Source of the DNA: Perkinsus olseni
Taxonomy: Eukaryota
Direction of reading: 5' to 3'
Length of the DNA: 62,758 bases
NCBI GenBank assembly: GCA_013115125.1
Contig: JABANN010000021.1
Span: forward strand, 62,001 to 124,758
Shown here: in pieces, positions 12,448 to 23,146 of the stretch
How positions within the stretch are numbered: position 1 is the stretch's first letter
How the letters are laid out: every line of letters starts with the position of its first letter
Notes under the pieces: model-generated
What the model was told of the DNA's origin: nothing
Seen by the model: only the letters and a program-made list of their open reading frames with translations
Database searches by the model: none
Made by a program: the position numbers and the translations under genes

Positions 12448-14540
12448 ATGAAGATATTACTCGGGCTTGCGGCCGCCTTGGGGGTGACATCACAACGAGA
12501 GGCTCAAATCTTGCACCATCTGCGCTTCGATCCGGATGGACTGGGTAGAGGAGGGGAACGATAGTTGACGAAGATGAGCACGAGGGAATACTCACGAGGA
12601 TTCGATCGAGGGACCTACAGTCTTTCGATGTCTCCAACGGAATCCCGACTTACTTGTTGACGAGAAATTATGGGTTAGATTACTGAGATAGTGTAGGAAT
12701 AACAGTAGTACGACTTGGGACGCATCATGGTCACGAACCGGCGTGAATGGAAGGTCAGTGATGTATTCTGACACCTCTAGCTGTGATTAGGTGGAATAGT
12801 CGAGTACGAGTCAGCTGACATGATATCAGAGGAGAAGTTTATCGAGCATATAAATCGAGGTGAACTATAGATGTCTCCGGCTTGTCGGTCATGCCTAGCT
12901 TGCAGGTGATGTCATTGTGGTACGCGGGGTTGCTAGCGAATGGTCGATAACAGGAAGCAAGTGTAGCGACTTTTGTGGCAATGAACAACTCCAGGGCATA
13001 GAAATAGAGAAGCTGTACGGAGACGAGGACGGCACGTGAGGGCCTCCAACGACCTCGGGCGAAGTCCACAGCGGCCAGTAGATTTGTACCGCTGTATAAT
13101 GATGAGTGTTGGGATAAGCCTAATAGGACGACAGCAGATGGGCAGACTTCCCCTCGGTAACCGAACAGTCCTGCTTCGGTCAGTGCTGAGCCTTTCGAAG
13201 GTACTGGGCCGTCCGGGATACGTTGGATGCTCACCCGAAGGCACGCAGGTGGATCTCCGAATCCACTAGGCTCCCTGAGTTCATGCCCACCCAGGGGAAT
13301 GAGAACCTTTTCGAAAGTAGTCTGTGGCGCGTTGTGAGGTCGGTCGATTGATCCAACTTAGTCGGCAGCGAGATTTGGTTCACGCCTGAGGGGTCCGGCG
13401 CGAAGGCTCATGCTGACTCCCATCCGCAGGCTACCGCGGCAGTGAGTCTTACGGGAGGGGCAGCTTTGGGCTGATGAGATTGAACCCTCAGTTCCAGTTA
13501 TCGGGCGAGAGAATCTGGAGGTTAGCGTCGATGCCTGAGTTCCCTCATGCCACACTGCGGGCGCATCTTTACGACTCTACACCCTTCCAATGGGCCCCGG
13601 AAGTTGAGGTTACTATCGGTGAGGGAGACGGCATATTCATACCGCCAGGTGCTGATGATGAAGACGAGGGCTACAGCTTCTAAGGTATTCCTTCAGGTAT
13701 CATTCACGAGACAGGTCGGAGTGTGGACGCGCCCCGAGGGTGCGTGGCATCGTTGACTGTACAGTTCGACAACCCTCTGCCGTTTGGGTATTATAGACGT
13801 CGTATGGCTGCTATAAGGAAGGCGGGAGATGGGAGGAATATGTGGCGACTGCTGCTGGATCTAGTCAGCTGCCGCTCATGATGAAGTTTCACCGAAACCC
13901 CACAAGTCTCTGTCCTCAGGCGTCGGGTGGCTACCTTGCTCCGTCAATGAAGAGTTTTCCTTTCATCGGCCTAGGAGGGTAGGCGCTTTGCTCTGCACTA
14001 CCTCTACTTTCGTAATCACCGTCACTTCTGATAGATAAAGCGTATGTATTGTGAAGAGGAGTCCATCTGTCAGGGCCTCTTCTTACACCGCGACTGGTCC
14101 TCATATCTTTGCGGAGATACTCCCGAAGCTCCTATCCGAGAAGGGGCCCGGTCCATTGACCACTGGTTGGACGAGAGAGTCTATCGCACTCGGTGTCGAC
14201 CCATACAACCTCTTCCACGACATTGGTAGTAGCAGGAAGATGCTGCCGAGCGTGGTGGTGATGATGGCTTGCCAGATGAAGATGGGAAGGCCAGTCCAGA
14301 GGAGATCACTCGGACCTTCCTGCATTGGCATGAGGTAGAGATGAAGGTGCTGCAGCAAACCCCAGTGGCAGCTCGGTCGCTGCACTACTTCCCTAAGTGA
14401 TCACAACAGGAGACCAGTCGTAGAGAAGTTCCGTGATCATCATTAGGTATCCTTTGACCGACAGGATTGACGAATTTGAAGCTGCGATCTTCGATGAGTA
14501 TTTGGCAAGTCGGCCGCCGCATGTTGATGATGAGCTTTAA
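12448..14540 (+). CDS. Secretory JmjC/cupin 2OG-Fe(II) oxygenase-like protein with EF-hand and C-terminal DDEL
   Basis: Signal peptide MKILLGLAAALGVTS. JmjC motifs GSGAKAHAD (HxD near 13409), QLSGERIWRL and GDGIFIPPG|IIHE. Spliced loop DI|DEDGKASPEE. Ends HVDDEL-TAA at 14538-14540. Confidence 0.72.
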
Positions 14541-15097
14541 ACGTATCTAATGTTGACTCATCGACGTCTTGTGTACACCTCGAGTTGCATCAACAGCTTA
14601 ACGAAGTTATCGTTATCAACAGTCAACCGCGGAATCACTTAGTAGGCGCGCATCTCCGAGTGCACTCGACCGCCAAACCTTCTCGGCGAGTATGATGAGC
14701 TGCGAGTGTGGTGTGCTTGGCCGTTATGCTGCTGATGTTCCCGCCAACCCCCTCGGTAGCCGCCCCCCGTCACAAGTAGCGACACGCTACATCTCTTCAT
14801 GAGACGGGATCGATGAGCTGTCGAGTTCACTCCAACGGTCTCGTCTCTTCCTAATCGATAGGGTAGCTGGACTCAAAGCCGCTGGAAGCATTCCGCGAAA
14901 TGATCTCTTAGAATATCCGTTACTACGATTGTTGCCTCCCTGATACATGCCGAGTGTGGGTTGGCACGGGCCAACAGGGCGAGAGTCGTCGGGAGGAGGG
15001 GAAGGTGCGCCCTAGCTAATTCCGTGATAATCGATCAACTCGCCGCGCCTGTGGCGGTGCCCAGATTTCCACCTGCTGAGGTTCGTTCCCCCATACA

Positions 15098-15843
15098 ATG
15101 TCTTTGAAAGTTGCCGCCGCCTACTGCATGGCCTACGTGGCCGGTCAGGAGTCTCCCAGTGAGGCTGATGTAATACTGGGCCTCCTTCTTTGTGGGTATC
15201 TTCAGGTCGAAGCGTGTGAGATGCAGAATAGGTTAGCATTAGGACATGCGCTGAGGATCGAACTCTTAGAGATTGATATGTATCGCTATTTGATGGTCAG
15301 GTGAAGAAGATTCTCGAGTCTGTGAGCGCCCCCGTTGACGAGGAGCAGATCAAGTCCCTCGTGAGCCAGCTCGAGGGTAAGGACATCGCTGCCGTCATCA
15401 AGGAGGGCAAGGAGAAGCTCTCCGCCTGCGCTGGTGCCGCTCCCGCTGCTGGTAGTACTAAAGCGTAATCATAATCACACTCGATCACCTTGGTTTAACG
15501 TCACCGATGCGAGTGATGAAGAAAGAAATGCCCCCGTCCTAGCATAACAGCTGCGGACCAATTACCATGCTAATTCTGACGTATCTTTTTGAGGTGACAA
15601 TGTCTATGATGATAAGATACTATCAACCTTAGTAGCACTATGTGCTGACCTTTGATATCCATGCTAATACTGAGGTTCTTCCCTACGCTGATCGTACGCC
15701 TGTCGATCGATTCGGTCGTATGTCTTTCTACGTCAGGCGCTTCCGCCGCTGCTGCCCCCGCTGCTGAGGAGGAGAAGGCCGCCGCCCCTGTTGAGGAGGA
15801 GGAGGAAGAAGACGAGGACATGGGCTTTGATCTCTTCGATTAA
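15098..15843 (+). CDS. RPLP2: 60S acidic ribosomal protein P2, 3 exons
   Basis: MSLKVAAAYCM...PSEAD|VKKILESV...LEGKDIAAVIKEGKEKL...EEEEEDEDMGFDLFD*, the canonical P-protein C-terminus. Confidence 0.95.
15510..15582 (+). ncRNA. Intronic box C/D snoRNA candidate 1 (RPLP2 intron 2)
   Basis: C box GTGATGA 15513-15519; D box CTGA 15576-15579. D guide CCATGCTAAT is complementary to AUUAGCAUGG (present in U6 and 18S). Internal AATGCCCCCG is complementary to conserved 18S CGGGGGCAUU. Confidence 0.7.
15603..15676 (+). ncRNA. Intronic box C/D snoRNA candidate 2 (snR53 / mgU6-53-like guide)
   Basis: C box ATGATGA 15606-15612; internal CTGA; D box CTGA 15670-15673 preceded by TCCATGCTAATA, complementary to 18S UAUUAGCAUGGA. 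Confidence 0.72.
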
Positions 15844-16704
15844 GTTTCTTCTTCTTACTGGTCAACTCTCGGCACTTGAGAAGGCGGAGTAGCTTGCAGG
15901 AACGAAAGCGACCTGCCGTCTGTTGTTGAGTTCATAGTGTTGTTACACGGATGAGGGAAGAAAAATGCATTTTGTGTTCGACTATGGACACCGGTGGCTG
16001 GCGAGGCTCAGTACTGTAGTCACTGCTGCGCATTTACCGGATTAAGGTGGAGCCTTCAAGGCGTTGCTTTAGGTATTCAGATCGATGGACTATCTGCTAA
16101 GCTTCGTAGTGGAATGAGGTTCGATGAATATTCACCGGGATTCACATCGAGAACTCGTTCTCGGTGGTCATGCTTATCAGACATGTGATGAGGTACTCGG
16201 CTCAACTTATTGCAACTTACCAACGCTTGCCGACTTGCCGAATACCACATGTTCAGGAGTATTACTCGACGAGTAGCCCCCTAGGTCGAGCATCGCGCCC
16301 TCAGTCGAGTTGGCTCCTCTTCCTATCGGACTTGGAGCTACCTTACTTGCACTCTCCGGACCGCACAGTTTGAGTTGACTAGGCCGAAGGCTTGGGCCTG
16401 AAGTCCTTGTAGATGCTACCTTTAAGTTGCTCCGGGATGCTCGAGTGCTCCGGCCGTCTCAGTTGGAAGTGCCCGTCGTAGCATTCGTAGCGCTCGAGCG
16501 TGTTTCACCCAAAAACTTCTGCCAATCGACGCTTATACAGTACCCGCCACTTGAAGACTGTTCTCAATTCAGCTCGGCTCACGCATTTGAGTTTTGGAGC
16601 CGGCGAAAACAGGCTTGAGAATCTAAAGTTCAGATGGTGGGTACTGTCCAGCGCAGCTCGACGGTGTCGGGAAAAGGCATTTTGCTTCCTCCAAGATTGG
16701 TATT

Positions 16705-19700
16705 ATGTTTTCTTTTGTCAACTGCAGCTTTTTTGCAGCACTACTGAGTGCAGTTGTGGGCCAGAAGACGGTTGTACGACTCAACCAGTGGAGGTTGCCC
16801 ATGCGGAATAGCAGCACAGAAGATACCATCACGTCTTCTATGGGTGAGGGACCGCCTTGTTGACCATACATAATCGAGTTCTACCGTTTTGGCCGTGTCG
16901 ATGACCTATAGATAGATGACCGGCTATGATATATAGCCGAATCAAATTGGATGACCCCAGATCGTACAGTCTTGCTGTTTCCAGGCACTTTCAAACACAT
17001 TCAGACGCTGAGGCTCCAGGACAAAGTATCCAATGGATCCCAGTTCGGTGGTCTCAGCTCTATCATTGTATCAGATAATGGCTCGGAAATACTCACCATC
17101 TCTGACAGCGGGTGAGCGGCGTTTGGAGGGCAGGGGTATTCAGACATTGATGAAAGTTTTGTAAACATCTAAGTATCTCAAAATTTTATCATAAAATTTA
17201 GTAATTTTTGCCTTGCCTGCAGGAGGGGGTGAACGACTCGGCATCTTGATCCGATGCCTACTTTGTCAGGATCTTCGCCGCCATGAATCTTTCCTCGACT
17301 GACTCGGAGTCAAAGTCATACCGTTTGACTCCGACCCGGGTAAGGGGTAATGCTGATTATTGCAGTAATTTCTGTTGCAGGGATACGGGACTAACGCGAT
17401 CGCTGAAAGTCGTTCAATGTGCGCACTCGTTCTGACCCAATTCGAATTCCGAATTTCGGAACTAAGATGAGTCAAACTCCTCTTGAGTAGAGCAGTGGAG
17501 AGGGGCGACGGTGCGCACTCGGGTTTTAATGGCAGAGGATGATTATCATCAAGTTGATACACCTCGTCTTGAGCGGACTTTGGAAGTTGCTAAAGACCCT
17601 TCAGTTAAGAGAAATACCGCAAGTGTCAAGCTCATCCCGTAGCTCTCTTGACATGTTTACCTCGTTAGGATCTCGGGACGCATGACAATGCGCTCTTTAG
17701 GTGATGCGGAAGGGTTGACCATGAATGGCTCGTATGAGGGTGGTGGCAGAGGGCAGCTTTACGTTAGTTACGAGAAGGTCCACAGAGTGCTGGAGTGAGG
17801 GAGAGAGCACCTTTTGGAATGCGTTCTTTGCTATGTCGGTTGTTGATATTCAGATTCCCCAATGGAACCGAGTCACGTGCAAGCGTCAACCTCAACGTTT
17901 CTCATTTGTTCAGTGAATGCCCTAGAAGGAGGGGGTTGGAAGCAATACTCAAGCCACGTATCTTGGGGGCTGGGCGGCCCAGACTGAGCTTGGCCTCCAA
18001 GGCATCTTGAGTTGCATCAGGTCCAACAGCAGGTATCGACGGACTATTACTAATGTTGTGTGAGGATCCATCCAACTCCTCGGCCCCCACGACTGACCCG
18101 CAAAGCAGGATAGTCCTTCCTGGACTTCCTTCCTTATAATGAGACCTCCAACGACACCACACGCTTCTATGTCGAGGTAGTCCAATTTGATTGTCTTTAC
18201 CGTCTACGGTGAAGGTCCGTAATCTCCTCGATCCGCACTCAGTGCGGATCTCAGAGCAGTCTGCTCTGAGAGAATCAATCTCGAATTTGGACGATGAACC
18301 TCCGACCTCAGTCCAATCGTTCCTTCAATCCCACCGATATGGCGGAACTTAATGGTGCCACCATTGAAGAGTATCATTATGTCACCACCATTATGGTGGT
18401 GACATAATGATACTCTTCAGACGGTGAGCTGTTGAGCGACCGTGTTTTGTACCGACGGTCGGTTTTTTCTGCAAGATTCGTTCCGTCTGAGGGTAATGCG
18501 ATGAGGATTGGTTATGTTACGAAGGGGGAGCTAGACCAGGCTATGGCTGTTGGAGGGACTTTGAACCCACAAATAATTGCCGAAGTTTGGACACGTGACG
18601 GGTGAGTAGTGCATGATTTGCCGTCGTTGTATCCTCAATCCGTATGTCGCAACAAGGTTTCAGAAATCTTGTGTAAAATTTGATCTCTACAGCTGGCGAT
18701 CCGCCGCAAACTTGAAATCTATGAGCTTGGCAGCATTGTATTTGTGAGGTTCCCTCACCGTTCCGTCTTGTGTGAGGGATTGGTACCTCTCTTGTCCGTC
18801 CATTCATGCTAATGAACCCTACGCCTCTCGACAACGATGGACTCCGGCTGGTCGACGAGAGTGAAATTCTGGAAATGGAGGAACTAGCTCCCATACTCGT
18901 TTTGCTTCCGGTGTAGTATTTTGTCCTGTGTGCACCAGACCTTGGCTAATTCTCGAAGACTTCGTCTTGCGCATTGGAGGTTCACGTTCACCCATGTGAG
19001 AATGTCTTCCCCAACCAGAGGCTCAGATAGGCGAGGGATCCACAAGACTCTTCATCATGAAACTTTCGATGTGGATAGCTTAGAGCATCTGCATCGAGGC
19101 GTAGAAGTCTCACCTAGTAAGAGAGCTCCACTCTGGCTGATATGTGGAAAGTGGTACTCTTAGACATTGTCGGTGCCCCTCACGGCGGCTATCGGTGCTA
19201 TCGGCTCAGTTTATATAAGCCGCAGCGCGAAGCCAAGTTATGACTCATAGGATTGAGATGCTCAGAGAATGAGAATGGCAAGGGAGTCTGCGGCGACCCC
19301 GGATAGAGAGGCGAATGCTCAGAGAGTGAGTATAGCACGGCAGTCAATACGAACCCCTCTGTGGGCCGCTACCGCGGATCGCTACCGCGGATCGCTAACG
19401 CGGATCGCATGCCAAATTGAGGCGCACGTCTCAGACCAATGAAGCTGCATAATCCTTTGAGCATGACCTGAGCCCTGAGCCCGTGATCAGAGTCATGTTT
19501 CATCGATATCTTGGTGATTTACAGCCCGACGCGGGATGGAGTGCTTCGTCTACGGGCGCGGTATCTTCCATTTACGTGATGAAGTGTATCGCAGAGGATT
19601 GTGGGCTTACAATTCTCGCGCGGTGCAACATTATATCGATCACAAGTTGTGATTCATAACGAGTCGCGGTGAGTTTTTTCCAAGAAGAATCGACCGCATT

Positions 19701-20489
19701 CAAGAGTTCCTCCGCGGAGACACTACACTTGAACCATTGCCCGTCTTTTTCCTTTCTTCCCTGAACTCGGCCGTAATTCGGATGTTGAGTTCTCGAATCA
19801 GATCGACACTTGATAAGGACTAATCGATAGTCCTGAACGATTATTCCCTCAGAATCTTAAAGTACCGAAGTATGGTACTGAAATTGACCTTTCGTCTTGA
19901 GGAATTTGGAGACATTGGCTGGGAAATCTCCTCGTGGATCCCAGACTCCCACACTGGGAGTGAATTCCTCTGCCTCCAGAACGTCGCCCTCGTTGTTCAG
20001 CCGTAGTCTTGAGACCGCTCCCGTTGCGCTTCAGTGAGATTGGTGCCGGACTCTCTCCTCTTTCCGTCAATTAACAGTTGTAGAATCCGCACTGTCTGTC
20101 ATTGAGAAACTATTCGGCGGCCAGAGCTGCTATCGCAGCAGTCTCGACAGCCGCTCCGTGTTCGTTGAATATAGTGATAGATACAATATTGATAATGAGG
20201 AAGGGTTGGCTGTCCGAGAGGATCCGATGACTGGACGGACTTTTATCTATACCCTCAGCGATAATAATTACAACGAAGTGGGCTGATCCTCCACAAGTAG
20301 TTTCGTCATCATAGTCTCGTTATTCAGGTTGGACAGAAAACATTACTATCGACCTTTGAATGGACCGCTGCTGCTGGCAGCACTACACCTCCTTCTACTG
20401 GGGCTGTGCCCTCCCTAGCCATCTACCATACTTCATTTCATACAGTACTTTGCTTAATTTATATTGGTCTCTCGATTTTGTGGTATTAA
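16705..20489 (+). pseudogene. Phytase-like (esterase-like activity of phytase) secreted/GPI-type protein, copy 1; probably frameshifted
   Basis: Signal peptide; motifs FGGLSSI...ISDSG, GDAEGLT, GLEA, IDNEEGLA...LSDNNY; hydrophobic C-terminus. A 41-nt insertion at 18358-18398 relative to copy 2 produces an in-frame TAA. Confidence 0.6.
19368..19406. repeat. Three tandem copies of 13-bp GCTA(C/A)CGCGGATC
   Basis: Units at 19368-19380, 19381-19393 and 19394-19406, inside an enlarged intron. Confidence 0.9.
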
Positions 20490-23146
20490 AAAGGTTACTG
20501 ACAACCTCAGGTTGTCAACCTGTCCTCAGCCGCTGAATGGGTTAGTGCGATAGAGTGGCCGCAGCAACAGCACTTTGTGTGGTTTACGTAACTATACTGA
20601 GGAGCCACTTGTCATCTTCAAGATCTTCTTTCAAGCGGCATCGATTTTACTAGACCACTTGTGAGGTCTCGCTAGTTGGGACGGGCAGTCCCCCGGCCCC
20701 TCACAGAAAGGGTCTTCTCATTCATTGTTATAACTCAAAACCACTTGGGAGCTTGCATATTATCACCTCATAGGAGTCAGCCCTACTGCTTCTGCTATTC
20801 CTATCGGTTGTTGTGCACAGTGCTCTGCTGACTACTGTTAATTGGGAGAGTGGTGGGAACAGGAGTGAGGGAACGAGACTCTGAGACCTCCAACAGGCAT
20901 TCACTGAAATACCATATTTTTTGCAGGGCTGCTCGGCATGAAACGAGCTGGGCGATTGTCTGACAAACTTCGGGGCCGCCATGCGACCTGGCAGCGAGCT
21001 GGGACTTTCCTAGGAATGAGCGTTAACAGTTTACCTTGTTACTGCATGGTACAGGCTTCCTATGACTAGCATTTCTCCTCATTCTCTTTGTATTGTCCGT
21101 AGGAGGGATAACCACAGGACAGATTGATATTGTGATCGTACAGGGGAGATTGCCTTTCAGGGAAGGCGTTGAGCTCGGGTATCCCGAGTCCCATACCGAC
21201 TCGGGACGACTGATTTCCATTTCAGACTTAGTAGTGCTGTTTGACCGGTAAGATGTCCACGCCTTTCAAAAATCCGGAAGAAATTAGCTAGGAGTTTAGC
21301 TTCTGTCGTTTGCTAAACAAGGAAGTGCGCCGTCGACAATGTCGACTCGACATCACGCAGCTTCGAGGCCGTCGCGGCGTGGTCTCATCTTGATACGCCC
21401 ACCAGATGATCCGCACATGTATCTTTTCATGGACCATAAATTATGGTGGCAAATTGCCACTGACGATATTTATCATAAGATAATATCAACCTTAGTAGCA
21501 CTTTTGAACGTCCATGCCAATACCGATTCCGCTGTATCATTCTTCATGCAGTTCTCTTCGAGTCTGCTTCACCCTGGGAAAGAGGACGCCGTCGGCATCT
21601 CACAGATCCGCCACGTTGCACGCCCTCCGTATTCGAAATGATGGGGACTTTGCAGTGGATGCGTCCGTTGAAGGATGTTGCTGAATGATCACGTAAGTGC
21701 TTGCTCAGTTGGATGGCTACGTTACTCCTCTTAGATGCAGCCTGTCGTCACACCAGTATTCCCCGGATCCCCTCTCATGCTGTATATTATACAGCTCCTC
21801 AGGTAGAGATACTGGTCACGTAGCTTATGTTCGAGCGCGTAATTTAGTGACACAGGTTATGGCCTCAGGTTTGAAGAAGAGCCTCGTGCGGATAAGGCCG
21901 CCTGCCTAGTGTTACCCATCCTCTACTAACAAGGCGCAACAATAATCGAAGGGTATCCTAGGAGGTAAGAGAAATCTACGAGTATGATCGAGTGATTGAG
22001 TACCTTTAGCGGAGATAACAACTTCACGCTGCCTTATTGACCACGCGTGATAACTTCCACCATTAGTGAACACCATAGACCGGAAGGAGTCCTGGCTTCA
22101 TGACCGAGCCTTCACCCCAACCGCGATGGCGCGCGCGGCTTACTGGTGAAGTCTGCTCGCCCGTGTTAGATCAGCTACATGTACTCGCGTGCCCCAAACA
22201 GCTGCGGGGAAATCGTGAGTCACTCCCTGGTGACCTGCCGACGGCGTAGCCTACGCCGACATCGGCGAGAGAGTACAAGTCTTGTACCATCTCATCTGTC
22301 CGCTATTGAAAACATTCAAGCCGCTTGAATGTTTACGCTTGAATCAAGCGTCCTCTGTGCAGCGTAGTGCCGCTGGCTTAAGCATTCGAGATAGGGTTCT
22401 GGCCTTCAGTCTTATTCTCGCCCTTCTCTACTTCAAGACGTCGTCACATTCGTCTGCTACTGTCGTGTCACCACTCATGCAGGAGTTCAATTCTATTTGG
22501 ATTCATTCCTGTGATCAGTGATATGCTCCCTGCTCGGATATCCTATCACCAACGGCTAGCGGTATGGCTAGTGGTTGAAGATTCTTATGTGACCGCTACA
22601 GGCACTGTGCCAGAATATTATTATACAGCTGCCCGTTTCGGTTCACGGCTTCTCGCACTTCTGATGCGCTGTGCCTCCGATCATGGTCTCGGCAAGTGGT
22701 AGGCTTACTCCTCCGTTCATCTCATTACCGACTCTTTTTACTCGAGCTTCCAAAGTGACTGCTCGGTTTCGGCTCCTTGCCTCGTCTAAGGGCCAGGCTC
22801 CTGTTGCGCATCTTCAAAAGGATATTTCTCTTTGATAATTATCTTCGCTAAATCGATTTCCGTGATCACGCGGAAACAGGGGTCCAAGAGTCCATACATG
22901 AATGCTGCTCGGTCTTCTCAGTCTGGAAGTCACGGAATGAACATGGAGGTGGTTCCAATTTAGGGAATCTACTAGTAAGGTGGTGGATAGGTCCGCCGAT
23001 TTCATACTCGTACCCCACTCGGATCCTACTCTCCAACCCAGTGCTCTTGACGTGTATTCCGGAGACACTACAGTTCGACCTCAGCTGACCTCTATGCCTA
23101 CTCCCTTTTGAGTCGATAGAACTTCGATTAGAAAGGTTTGCCGTTC

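Noticed and set aside
19368-19406. CRISPR-like array
   Set aside because: Contiguous 13-bp tandem repeats with no spacers, in a eukaryotic context with no cas genes.
22241-22258. Hairpin CGGCGTAGCCTACGCCG resembling a bacterial REP or Helitron end
   Set aside because: Single short copy with no CTRR terminus or associated transposase.
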